64,000 nt of DNA from an uncultured Acholeplasmatales bacterium (GTDB lineage Bacteria > Bacillota_I > Bacilli_A > Acholeplasmatales > Anaeroplasmataceae), in assembly GCA_944324705.1 (NCBI GenBank), contig CALUXI010000005.1, positions 7,288 to 71,287 on the forward strand, given 5' to 3'. Positions 45,429-57,510 of the stretch are shown here, in pieces. Made by a program: the position numbers and the translations under genes. Position 1 is the stretch's first letter. Each line of letters opens with the position of its first letter. The notes beneath the pieces were generated by a model that had not been told where the DNA came from, ran no database searches, and was given only the letters and a program-made list of their open reading frames with translations.

Positions 45429-48242
45429 CTACTTATTTAATAATTTTTTTAAATATTTACCTGTGTAAGACGCTTCTACTTCAGTTACTTCTTCTGGGGT
45501 ACCTGAAGCTACTAAAGTACCGCCCAAATCGCCACCTTCTGGGCCTAAATCAATCAAATAATCAGCTGATTTAATAATGTCTAAGTTGTGTTCAATAACA
45601 ATTAAAGTTGCTCCATTATCAGCAATTTTATTAAATACATTTAATAATTTCTTAATATCATCAGTATGAAGACCAGTTGAAGGTTCATCTAATATATATA
45701 ATGTTCTTTCGCTAATTCTTGAATATAGTTCACTAGCTAACTTTATTCTTTGCGCTTCACCACCAGATAAAGTGGTTGATGATTGGCCTAATTTCATATA
45801 ACCGAGACCAACTGCCATCAAAGTTTCTAACTTATTCTTAATTTTTGGGAAAGCCTTAAAAAATTCATAAGCTTCTTCAATGCGCATATCTAAAACATCT
45901 GCTATATTTTTATCCTTATATTTAATTTCTAATGTTTCTTTTTGATAACGGGTACCATGACAGACTTCACATGGTACAAAAACATCTGGTAAAAAATGCA
46001 TAGAAATTCTTTTTACCCCGTCACCACCACAAGCTTCACAACGTCCACCCTTAACATTGAAACTAAACCTACTTTTATCATAACCACGCATTTTTGCTTC
46101 ATTGGTTTGACTAAACAACTCTCTAATGTCATCAAAAACACTAGTATATGTTGCCGGATTTGATCTAGGTGTTCTACCAATTGGTTGTTGGCTAATCTCA
46201 ATAACTCTATCAATATTTTCTAAACCCTTGATAGTTTTCACTTTACCTGGTGCCACTTTTTTCGCTTTATAGAGCGTTTTTTGACAATATTTAAGCAATA
46301 TTTCATTAACTAAAGTTGATTTACCAGAGCCAGATACTCCGGTTACACAAATAAATTTACCTAATGGAAACTTAACATTTATATTTTTTAAATTATTTTC
46401 TGCAGCACCAATAACTTCGATAAATTTACCATTACCTTTTCTTCTTTCCTTAGGTACTTCAATTTTTAACTCACCATTTAAATACTTGCCTGTTAAACTA
46501 TTAGGATTAGACATTACTTCTTGTGGAGTACCAGCAGCTACAATTTCACCACCATGTATGCCAGCCCCAGGTCCAACATCCACTAAATAATCAGCCGCAA
46601 GCATTGTTTCCTCATCATGTTCAACAACAACCAATGTATTACCTAAATCTCGCATTTTCTTCAAACTAGTAATTAATCTATCATTATCTCTTTGGTGAAG
46701 ACCAATACTAGGTTCATCTAAAACATAAATAATACCTGTAAGTTGGCTGCCAATTTGTGTAGCAAGTCTAATTCTTTGTGCCTCCCCACCAGATAAACTA
46801 ACCGCACTTCTAGCTAAATTTAAATAATCTAAACCTACATCAATTAAAAATCTTAATCTATCTTTAATTTCTTTTATTGCTAGAGCTGCTATTTTTTCTT
46901 TTTCTTCACTTAATTTTAAATTATCAAAGAAATCATATAAATCACTAATAGACATTCTTGAAAGGTCATCAATATTCTTATCAGCAATATAAACAGATAA
47001 AACTTCATCATTTAACCTTGCCCCATGACAAGTTTTACATTCTGTTTCAACCATATACCCTTCAATCCATTCTCTAATCCAATCTGAACTAGTTTCTCTA
47101 TATCTTCTTTCAAAATTATTTATTATTCCTTCATAGGCCTTATCTACATCACTAACCCTACCACTAGTTGAAATTAAATGAAAATGTAAAATATCAGGAG
47201 AACCATATAGAATAATGTCTTGTTTGTCTTTACTTAATTCTTTAAACGGAATATCCTTATCAATATTATAGTAACTACAAACTTGATCTAATTCTGCAAA
47301 ATTTAAATTTTCTTTATCTTGATTACGATATGGAACAATGGCTCCACTATTCAAACTTTTATCTTCATCTAAAATTAAATTACGGTCAATATGTAAATTA
47401 TAACCTAATCCATGGCAATCAGGACAAGCCCCTAAAGGATTATTAAAAGAAAATAATCTTGGTTCAAGTTCCGGCAAAGTGAAACCACATATAGGACATG
47501 CATAATTTTCACTATATAAGTCACATTTATCATCATGCATAATCTTAACAAAACCAGAACTAGCTTTAAAAGCTAACTCTATAGCTTCTGCTATTCTTGA
47601 TCTTGAATCTTCTTTTAACTTTAATCTATCAACAACAATATCTATATCATGTTTTTTATTCTTTTCAAGTTTAATTTCTTCATCTAATTCATGTAACTCA
47701 TGATCAATATAAGCTCTAATATAACCATCTTTTAAATATTTATCTAAAAGCTTTTGATGTTCTCCTTTTTGTTGTCTTACTACAGGTGCCAAAATATATA
47801 AGCGAGTATCAATAGGTAAAGACATAACTTTGTTAACTATTTCATCAATAGACCACGAACTGATTGGAATATGATGATTGGGACAATAAGGGGTCCCTAT
47901 TCTGGCAAATAACACCCTTAAATAATCATGAATTTCTGTAACTGTTCCTACTGTTGAACGCGGATTATGACTTGCTGTTTTTTGATCTATAGAAATAGCT
48001 GGTGATAAACCTTCAATATAATCAACATCTGGTTTTTCTTGTAAACCAATAAATTGCCTAGCATAAGTAGAAAGAGATTCAACAAAACGTCTTTCTCCTT
48101 CTTGATAAATAGTATCAAAAGCTAAACTAGATTTACCTGAACCCGAAACTCCAGTCATAACTATTAATTTATTTTTAGGAAGCTTAAGACTAACATTTTT
48201 TAAGTTATTTTCTCTAGCTCCTTTTATATATATATAATCCAT
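45429..48242 (-). CDS. uvrA: excinuclease ABC subunit A
   Basis: 937 aa with two ABC modules and zinc-finger Cys clusters. Confidence 0.95.
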   Translation of the reverse strand: MDYIYIKGARENNLKNVSLKLPKNKLIVMTGVSGSGKSSLAFDTIYQEGERRFVESLSTYARQFIGLQEKPDVDYIEGLSPAISIDQKTASHNPRSTVGTVTEIHDYLRVLFARIGTPYCPNHHIPISSWSIDEIVNKVMSLPIDTRLYILAPVVRQQKGEHQKLLDKYLKDGYIRAYIDHELHELDEEIKLEKNKKHDIDIVVDRLKLKEDSRSRIAEAIELAFKASSGFVKIMHDDKCDLYSENYACPICGFTLPELEPRLFSFNNPLGACPDCHGLGYNLHIDRNLILDEDKSLNSGAIVPYRNQDKENLNFAELDQVCSYYNIDKDIPFKELSKDKQDIILYGSPDILHFHLISTSGRVSDVDKAYEGIINNFERRYRETSSDWIREWIEGYMVETECKTCHGARLNDEVLSVYIADKNIDDLSRMSISDLYDFFDNLKLSEEKEKIAALAIKEIKDRLRFLIDVGLDYLNLARSAVSLSGGEAQRIRLATQIGSQLTGIIYVLDEPSIGLHQRDNDRLITSLKKMRDLGNTLVVVEHDEETMLAADYLVDVGPGAGIHGGEIVAAGTPQEVMSNPNSLTGKYLNGELKIEVPKERRKGNGKFIEVIGAAENNLKNINVKFPLGKFICVTGVSGSGKSTLVNEILLKYCQKTLYKAKKVAPGKVKTIKGLENIDRVIEISQQPIGRTPRSNPATYTSVFDDIRELFSQTNEAKMRGYDKSRFSFNVKGGRCEACGGDGVKRISMHFLPDVFVPCEVCHGTRYQKETLEIKYKDKNIADVLDMRIEEAYEFFKAFPKIKNKLETLMAVGLGYMKLGQSSTTLSGGEAQRIKLASELYSRISERTLYILDEPSTGLHTDDIKKLLNVFNKIADNGATLIVIEHNLDIIKSADYLIDLGPEGGDLGGTLVASGTPEEVTEVEASYTGKYLKKLLNK

Positions 48243-48248
48243 TTAAAA

Positions 48249-50255
<2,007 letters not shown>

Positions 50256-50351
50256 TTATACTATTATTTTTAACTTTTATGTAGTGTTTAACTTAAAAAA
50301 GATAACTTTAAATAAAACTACAAATATGCTAAAATTTTAACAGGTGGTATT

Positions 50352-51227
50352 GTGAAAAGCTTAATTGTTAAAAATCTAACTAAATTATATGATAAAAATC
50401 ATGGTATTAAAGAACTATCCTTTGAATTATTAGAAAAAGAATGTTTAGCTATAATAGGTAAAAGTGGAACTGGTAAATCAACTTTAATTAAAACAATTCT
50501 AAATATTTTGACTCCCGATAGAGGTAACATAAAAATTTATAACACTAATCTTAATGATAACTATGTTGACATTATGAAAATAGTAGGTTATTTACAAGAT
50601 AAACCTATTGATTTTCCTAAAGTAACAATTAATAAATTTATTAAAGTAATTAATGACTACTATGATCAAGATTACACCAATGATCTTATGTATTACCTTG
50701 ATTTATTTAAATTAAATAAAGATAATATTATCACTAGTTTATCAAGTGGTGAAATTCAAAAATTAAGTTTTATTTTAGCCATTTTTCACAAACCAAAAAT
50801 ATTATTCTTAGATGAACCAACTAATTTTTTAGATACTAATACAATCCATATAATGTCTGATATTTTAAAGAAACTAAAATATGAAGGAACTAGTATTATA
50901 GTATGTAGCCATTCCCTAAATTTTATTTTAGATTTAGCTGATAAAATTTATTTATTAAATGATTTTAAATTAATAGATATAAAAGATAAATTATTAAAGA
51001 AAGATTACAAAAAAATAACTCTTGCTACTAATAATCCTCTAACATATAAAGACCTAAACATAGAAGGTATCAGTAATATTAAAATAAGCAATAAAGTTGC
51101 AGACTTTATCTATATTGGCAATCTAAATTATTTATTAAAAAAATTAAGTCATTTTGACTTAACTGATATAACCTTAGAGAATCCTAGTATTGATGAAGTT
51201 CTAGGAGGTCTATTAAATGTATTATAG
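50352..51227 (+). CDS. ABC transporter ATP-binding protein
   Basis: GKSGTGKST Walker A, LSSGE signature, LFLDEP Walker B. Confidence 0.8.
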   Translation: MKSLIVKNLTKLYDKNHGIKELSFELLEKECLAIIGKSGTGKSTLIKTILNILTPDRGNIKIYNTNLNDNYVDIMKIVGYLQDKPIDFPKVTINKFIKVINDYYDQDYTNDLMYYLDLFKLNKDNIITSLSSGEIQKLSFILAIFHKPKILFLDEPTNFLDTNTIHIMSDILKKLKYEGTSIIVCSHSLNFILDLADKIYLLNDFKLIDIKDKLLKKDYKKITLATNNPLTYKDLNIEGISNIKISNKVADFIYIGNLNYLLKKLSHFDLTDITLENPSIDEVLGGLLNVL

Positions 51228-51996
51228 TAAATTATTTATTAAATATTTAAAAATAAGTTTGCTTTTTTTAATTATAATATTTATCTCTTCTTTGATTTTC
51301 TTATTACTTTATCCTAAATATCAAAATAGTGAGTTTGAATTGATTAATATTTATAATCAAATTGACAACAAAGCTTTAAATTTTTTAAATCTAAGTACTT
51401 TAAGTTTCAAAAATATCTTAGCTTATTATTTAATTTATTTAAACATTGGAATTATTATTTATCTTCTTCTAGCTATAATATTAGCTATCTACACTACTAA
51501 TTCTAATAACTATTATAATAAAATACTTGTCACAGCTCCTATTGATTATAAAAAAGAATTAAAGAAAAAAGTTTTCCTAGCTTTAATTAATATATTAATA
51601 GTAGATTTTCTAATTTATATATTCCTAATTATTTATTTTTCCTTCTATGACACAAATATATTAGGTCTTACTTTATTAATAATTGCTATTTTTTGTTCTC
51701 AACTAACTATCTACGCCTTAGTTCTAGCTATAAGTACTTTTATTAATAATAATTATATTTATTTAATAAGTATAATGATTTTATTTATTTTTATTATAAT
51801 AAGTATTATTTATAAGATGCTAGACTTTAAAGTTTTGGCCTATATTTGTCCATTATGTTATTTTAATTACCTCGATATTATAACTAATAATAATATCGAA
51901 CTGGATTATTTAGCTAGTATGATTATAATAACTGTCTTTGGCTTTAACCTAGCTCTTTGTGAATACACAAGAAAAGGTGGTCTAAGCCATGAATAA
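51217..51996 (+). CDS. ABC-2-type permease-like membrane protein
   Basis: Polytopic; overlaps the end of the ATPase gene. Confidence 0.45.
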   Translation: MYYSKLFIKYLKISLLFLIIIFISSLIFLLLYPKYQNSEFELINIYNQIDNKALNFLNLSTLSFKNILAYYLIYLNIGIIIYLLLAIILAIYTTNSNNYYNKILVTAPIDYKKELKKKVFLALINILIVDFLIYIFLIIYFSFYDTNILGLTLLIIAIFCSQLTIYALVLAISTFINNNYIYLISIMILFIFIIISIIYKMLDFKVLAYICPLCYFNYLDIITNNNIELDYLASMIIITVFGFNLALCEYTRKGGLSHE

Positions 51997-52669
51997 GTTG
52001 TTATTTAAAACTAATTTAATTAAAACTATTTTATTGAGTTTATTATTAATGTTATTTATTATTTTAGTAATTAGCCTTAATTATAATAAAACTAATATCA
52101 ATTATGAAAATATTTCTTTATATTTAAGATTATTTTTTACTTATATCATTCCTATTTCTAGTAATTATAATTATATATTTCATTTTATTAATTTGTACTT
52201 ATCTATTATTTTAATTATCTATACAATTTATTTAGCTTTAAAGAAAAATAAAATAAATATCTTATTACCAATTACTAAAAACAAACAAAAAACCAATACA
52301 TTATTAACATCATATTCTCATATTCTTATTTTAATAAACATTAGTTATTTAACTATTTTAATAAATACATTAATATGCTATAAAAATCTTTCACTAATTA
52401 TATTGAATAGCTATTTACTAACTATTTTATTAACCTTAACTATATTTCTAATCTTTAATAATGAGCGAAAAAAATATTATAAATATTTAATAATTACTGT
52501 TTTTATCTACCTATTAATTACCTTAATTTTAAATATATTTATTACTAGTTCTATTGTATATTATTTATCCCCAATAAATATTATAATAGATCCTAATGAT
52601 AATTTATTATCGTTAATAAGCCCTATTATTATCTCAACCATTTTAATACTTCCAATTTTTAAAAAATGA
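51989..52669 (+). CDS. polytopic membrane protein (second permease-like component)
   Basis: Hydrophobic; overlaps the upstream gene. Confidence 0.4.
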   Translation: MNKLLFKTNLIKTILLSLLLMLFIILVISLNYNKTNINYENISLYLRLFFTYIIPISSNYNYIFHFINLYLSIILIIYTIYLALKKNKINILLPITKNKQKTNTLLTSYSHILILINISYLTILINTLICYKNLSLIILNSYLLTILLTLTIFLIFNNERKKYYKYLIITVFIYLLITLILNIFITSSIVYYLSPINIIIDPNDNLLSLISPIIISTILILPIFKK

Positions 52670-52690
52670 CCTATTGGGTCATTTTATTTT
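52661..52690. terminator. bidirectional terminator between convergent genes
   Basis: AAAATGACC-TATTG-GGTCATTTT hairpin spanning both stop codons. Confidence 0.55.
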
Positions 52691-53195
52691 TAGATTTATT
52701 AAATAATATATAAATAGGTGGAACAACAATCAATTGAATAATAATACCGGGAAAGGCCATAATAAATGACAAACTTAACCAAACATTAAAATTATATGTA
52801 CCAACTTGAAAAATAAATGCATTAACTATACCAGATACACATCTACCTAATATCATACTTATAATTAGCGAAGTATAAATATTAAAATATATATTTTTTG
52901 TTTTAATAATTTTAGTTAATAATCCCATCATAAAGCCATAAACTGCCAATTCAAACAACATTCCTGGAAGAACGACAGCACTTGGCATACTAGAAATTAA
53001 AAATGAAATTAACGGTGTGGAAACCCCAACAACTATACCAGGAATCATACCTAAAAGTGCCCCTGCTAAAATAACTGGTAAATGCATTGGTAAAAAAATA
53101 TTACCACCACTAGGAATGCTGTGAAAACATAGAGGTAATACTATCCCTATCGCAATAAATAAAGCTGTATAAACTAGATCCTTAATTTTAATCAT
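52671..53195 (-). CDS. ECF transporter S component-like membrane protein
   Basis: 174 aa, 5-6 TM, typical size and composition. Confidence 0.45.
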   Translation of the reverse strand: MIKIKDLVYTALFIAIGIVLPLCFHSIPSGGNIFLPMHLPVILAGALLGMIPGIVVGVSTPLISFLISSMPSAVVLPGMLFELAVYGFMMGLLTKIIKTKNIYFNIYTSLIISMILGRCVSGIVNAFIFQVGTYNFNVWLSLSFIMAFPGIIIQLIVVPPIYILFNKSKNKMTQ

Positions 53196-54024
53196 GATAT
53201 GCCTTTTTTAATAAACTTATTTCTTTTTCATAACCACTTAAAGATTCATGAGGGGTTTCTAAATACATAGGGAGTTCTTTTAAAACCGGATGATTTATTA
53301 TTTTATAAAAAGGTTCTAAACCAATATAACCTTCCCCTAATGCAGCATGTCTATCTTTATATGATTGAAATGGCATTTTTGAATCATTTAAATGTAAGGC
53401 TTTCAAATATTTTAAACCAATTATTTTATCAAATTCTAATAAAACTCCTTCTAAATCATTTACTATATCATATCCAGCAGCAAAAACGTGACAAGTATCT
53501 AAACAAACACCAAATCTATCACTTAATTTAAGTCTTTTTAAAATTTCAGCAACTTCATTAAAACTTCTTCCTATGTCACTTCCCTTACCAGCCATTAATT
53601 CTAGTAAAATAGTTGATTTATATTCTGCCTTATAAGATTTATTTAAGGCCTCCGCAATTAATTCAATCCCTTTTTCACTACCTTGACCAACATGGGCACC
53701 CGGATGCAAATTATAATACATTCCACCATAAAGCTCTAATCTTTTTAAATCATTTTCTAATATTAAATCTGCTAACTCTTTAACCCTATCATCTTTACTA
53801 CATAAATTTAGTGTATAAGGGGCATGACATAATGGCTTAAACAAATTATTTTCCTTACTATATTCTGAAAATTTTTTAAAGTCAGTATCATCATATTCTT
53901 TTTGCTTAAAACCTTGAGGATTACGACTAAAAAATTGAAAGGTATTACCACCTATACTAACTATTTCCTTAGCAGCATTGTATAAACCTTTACTTATTGA
54001 TAAATGACATCCTATTTTTAACAT
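53188..54024 (-). CDS. nfo: endonuclease IV
   Basis: MLKIGCHLS start and conserved His/Asp/Glu TIM-barrel motifs. Confidence 0.85.
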   Translation of the reverse strand: MLKIGCHLSISKGLYNAAKEIVSIGGNTFQFFSRNPQGFKQKEYDDTDFKKFSEYSKENNLFKPLCHAPYTLNLCSKDDRVKELADLILENDLKRLELYGGMYYNLHPGAHVGQGSEKGIELIAEALNKSYKAEYKSTILLELMAGKGSDIGRSFNEVAEILKRLKLSDRFGVCLDTCHVFAAGYDIVNDLEGVLLEFDKIIGLKYLKALHLNDSKMPFQSYKDRHAALGEGYIGLEPFYKIINHPVLKELPMYLETPHESLSGYEKEISLLKKAYHD

Positions 54025-55262
54025 TTCTTACCATCCTTTATTTTTAATAACTTGGCATTTTTCTCTTGCCTTTTTAAGTATGGTTCTGCAATAAACACTA
54101 AGTGTGTATTAGCAACTTCCCATTTTTTTATTCTTGTTTGACTATAAATACTAAACAAACCAAATGTTATAAGGGATAGAAAAAACCAAAATAAATATTT
54201 ATGATACAAATCTCTAGCCCTACCCATAAAAGTTAGCTTATAACCATCATATGTTAAATGTTTATATTTCCATCTATTCTTAAGACAAATAGTAAATGGA
54301 TATATTAAGAAAAAGGTTACAATGTTTAAAAAGACAATTACAAAATTTAATAAAAATGAAGTAAAAAAATGACCATTAAATTCACTTTTACCCTGACTTT
54401 TTAAATCAACAAAATGTGTATTACTAATTTTAAATTTATTTATTTGTTTAGGAATAAAAATAATAAAAATCCCTAAAGTTATTATACTTAGAAAAAACCA
54501 TAAAATCCAACGGGCAATTAAACTCGAACCTCTACCTGTAAAATCGAGTTTATGATTATCATAACAAATAAATTTAGTATCTAGACGCAGTTTTAAACAA
54601 AAAACAAAAGGATAAGCCAAACCCAAACTAATAAAAAGTAAAAAATAGCAACCTAAATTAGTTAAGAAATATCTAATTAACTTTTTCTTAAAATAACTAT
54701 TTAACACTTCATCTTTTAAAACTTTTTTATCTAGCCTCATCTTTTTAATATGAGCTAAATCTAAATCATTATAGTAACCATTTAACTCCCTTATTAAATT
54801 ATTTTTATCTGTGTATGATAGGTTGCTTTCACAAATATCATCATAGATTTTACTAGTCAAACTAAAAACTCTATCCTTTTTTAAATTGAATAAATTTACA
54901 CTTAAACATATAAGAAAAAATACAAAAGTAACACCACTTATAATAACTATATATTTATAAAGGGGCATATATTTATTTATAGCAACTTCATCATTAGTCA
55001 AATAACTAACTAAAACAACTACAATATCATAAATTGTATATACGAGATATAAGATATAACTTCTTATAATTATTAAATTTTTACTAACAACTCTATTAAA
55101 TAAATAAAGCAAAATAAAAATTATAGCTATAGCTAAATGTGGATAAAGAATAATTGTTTTAAAATCACTAAATAACTCATCCTTAAATAAAAAAATACTT
55201 AAAGAAATCCCAATAACATAAATAGCTAGTAAAACAAAAAAGAACTTTTTTAACTTATTCAT
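54018..55262 (-). CDS. membrane protein with two DUF898(YjgN)-like repeats
   Basis: Internal duplication: LDFTGRGSSL..ITLGIF..NTH and LTFMGRARDL..ITFGLF..NTH. Confidence 0.4.
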   Translation of the reverse strand: MNKLKKFFFVLLAIYVIGISLSIFLFKDELFSDFKTIILYPHLAIAIIFILLYLFNRVVSKNLIIIRSYILYLVYTIYDIVVVLVSYLTNDEVAINKYMPLYKYIVIISGVTFVFFLICLSVNLFNLKKDRVFSLTSKIYDDICESNLSYTDKNNLIRELNGYYNDLDLAHIKKMRLDKKVLKDEVLNSYFKKKLIRYFLTNLGCYFLLFISLGLAYPFVFCLKLRLDTKFICYDNHKLDFTGRGSSLIARWILWFFLSIITLGIFIIFIPKQINKFKISNTHFVDLKSQGKSEFNGHFFTSFLLNFVIVFLNIVTFFLIYPFTICLKNRWKYKHLTYDGYKLTFMGRARDLYHKYLFWFFLSLITFGLFSIYSQTRIKKWEVANTHLVFIAEPYLKRQEKNAKLLKIKDGKKC

Positions 55263-55809
55263 ATAAAAAATCCCTTATATTTTTAAACAAAATTTCATCT
55301 TTTTGATAATTAAAATCACTAGCATCAATATTTACAACTTTAAATTGGGATAAATCAATTTCTCTTCCTTTAGCAAGATATTCTTTAAACTTATTAACAT
55401 TTGTTAAACCAGCAGATTGGTGAACAATATGGCGTCCTTCATTATTAATGCGATTCATAAATCTTTGATATAAAATTTCATCTTTACCTGTAAAATTTAA
55501 AACCAAAACCTTGCTATTTGAAGCTGTCAAGTTATAAAGAGTAGTAATGTCATCTTTTTTAAAATTAGCTTCTAAAATAATTGGTAAATCAACTTTAATC
55601 GTTTCTTTTAACACATAAAACATTAAAGCTAAAGATGCCCTACTTAACTTTAAATTTTCTTCTCTATTTGAAAAACCAATATTATCACCTAATAATTCCT
55701 TAATCTTATCTTTAGTTAATAATAAAGTATTAAATTTTTCACTTAAAATATTAGCATATGTAGATTTGCCTGTTGCTAAATCACCTGTTATAATTAAAAC
55801 TTTATTCAT
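55255..55809 (-). CDS. P-loop kinase-like protein (AAA_33-like)
   Basis: GDLATGKST Walker A; 184 aa. Confidence 0.5.
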   Translation of the reverse strand: MNKVLIITGDLATGKSTYANILSEKFNTLLLTKDKIKELLGDNIGFSNREENLKLSRASLALMFYVLKETIKVDLPIILEANFKKDDITTLYNLTASNSKVLVLNFTGKDEILYQRFMNRINNEGRHIVHQSAGLTNVNKFKEYLAKGREIDLSQFKVVNIDASDFNYQKDEILFKNIRDFLYE

Positions 55810-55946
55810 ATAACCACCTACTAAAATTATACACGATAAATATAATTTATTCTATATTAATATTTATTAAATATATTTAATAAATTCTATTAAATCCTAT
55901 AACTAAGCCAAATTTAAACTTAAATAAAAGTCTATTTTATGTTTAT

Positions 55947-55973
55947 AAAAAATGAATTAGGAAAACCTAATTC
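55947..55973 (-). terminator. intrinsic terminator after pncB
   Basis: GAATTAGG-TTTT-CCTAATTC, then a T-run on the minus strand. Confidence 0.6.
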
Positions 55974-55974
55974 A

Positions 55975-57420
55975 CTATTCTTCGATTTCTTCTAACATTT
56001 TATGTTTTAGATTAGATAATTTTTTAGTTAAATCAACATAATAAATTTGTGGATATTCAAAACGTTTAATTTCTTCCCAAATTGTTTTAAATTGTTGATT
56101 AGAGTATTCTCTAATTTCTGATAAAGTAGGTAATTTATATACTAGCTTACCTTTCTTAAAAATTGGTTCTAATAAAGGCCTTAAGGTATATGTATTAGCT
56201 TTAAATGTTTTATTCTTCCATGTATTCATTTGGTGATAAATAGTTAAATCTTCATTTTCTGATAATTTTTCTTTATGAAGACTCATAACATCAGCTAAAG
56301 CCATACCCGTTTCTTTATCATAAATTCTATATAAATCTTTATAGCCAGGATTAGTAATTTTTTCTACATTCTCAGATCTTTTAATCTTTGGGACAGCTCT
56401 ACCATTCACATAAATACTTGATAATTTATATACACCACCAAATACTGGGGTAGTCTTAGAACAAATTAAATTTTCACCAACCCCCATTGAGTCAATTTGC
56501 GCTCCCTGCTTTAATAAAGATGAAATTAAATACTCATCTAAACTATTTGAAATAACAATTGTACAATCCTGCATATTAGCATTATCTAATTCTTTTCTTA
56601 TTTTTTTAGATAAATAAGCCATATCACCAGAATCAATTCTGACACCTTTTAAACGATATCCTTTGGGTTCTAATTCTTCTTTTGCTGCCTTAATAGCATT
56701 AGGTAGACCAGATTTTAAAGTGTCGTAAGTATCAAGTAATAAAACCGCATTGTTAGGATAAGCACGACAATAGGCTTTAAATGCTTCTAATTCTGTATCA
56801 AAAGATTGAACAAAAGAATGAGCCATAGTTCCTAAAGCAGGTATCCCAAATTCTTTACCTGCATATGTAGTTGCTGTACCAACAACCCCACCAATATAAG
56901 CGGCCCTAGCACCATAAATTGCAGCATCAAAATTATGAGATCTACGGGCTCCAAATTCCATAATAGCTCTACCTTCAGCTGCCTCAACAATTCTATGAGC
57001 CTTAGTTGCTATCATTGTTTGGTGGTTAATAGATAATAATAAAACTGTTTCTAATAATTGAGCTTCAATTATATTACCCTTAACTCTAATAATAGGTTCA
57101 TATGGGAAAACTGGAGTTCCCTCAGGGATAGCATAAATATCTCCCTTGAATTTAAAATTCTTTAAATAATTCAAGAAATCTTCTGTAAACTGTTTAGTAC
57201 TTCTAAGATATGCAATATCATCAGCACTAAACTTAAAATTCTCGACAAAATCAACAACTTGTTCAAGACCGGCACATAATGAATAACCTGCATTATCTGG
57301 GTTTTTTCGGTAAAATAAATCAAAAGTTACGCACTCCTCCGTTTTACCTTCATTAAAATAAACTTGAGACATAGTAAGCTCATAAAAATCCATTACTAAA
57401 CTTAAATTTCTTATATCCAT
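55975..57420 (-). CDS. pncB: nicotinate phosphoribosyltransferase
   Basis: 481 aa with the N-terminal LSLVMDFYELTMSQVYF signature. Confidence 0.85.
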   Translation of the reverse strand: MDIRNLSLVMDFYELTMSQVYFNEGKTEECVTFDLFYRKNPDNAGYSLCAGLEQVVDFVENFKFSADDIAYLRSTKQFTEDFLNYLKNFKFKGDIYAIPEGTPVFPYEPIIRVKGNIIEAQLLETVLLLSINHQTMIATKAHRIVEAAEGRAIMEFGARRSHNFDAAIYGARAAYIGGVVGTATTYAGKEFGIPALGTMAHSFVQSFDTELEAFKAYCRAYPNNAVLLLDTYDTLKSGLPNAIKAAKEELEPKGYRLKGVRIDSGDMAYLSKKIRKELDNANMQDCTIVISNSLDEYLISSLLKQGAQIDSMGVGENLICSKTTPVFGGVYKLSSIYVNGRAVPKIKRSENVEKITNPGYKDLYRIYDKETGMALADVMSLHKEKLSENEDLTIYHQMNTWKNKTFKANTYTLRPLLEPIFKKGKLVYKLPTLSEIREYSNQQFKTIWEEIKRFEYPQIYYVDLTKKLSNLKHKMLEEIEE

Positions 57421-57483
57421 TTTTTCAACTTCTTTCTTGTTCCTTAATTATACATTATTTTAATTAAATGTTCTATTATTTTT

Positions 57484-57510
57484 AAACGAAAAAGATAGGG
57501 TTTGCCTATC
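57484..57510 (-). terminator. intrinsic terminator after pcrA
   Basis: GATAGG-CAAAC-CCTATC, then TTTTT on the minus strand; overlaps the stop codon. Confidence 0.55.

Noticed and set aside
46013-46213. 66-aa minus-strand ORF
   Set aside because: Out-of-frame overlap inside uvrA.
53340-53531. 63-aa plus-strand ORF
   Set aside because: Antisense within nfo.
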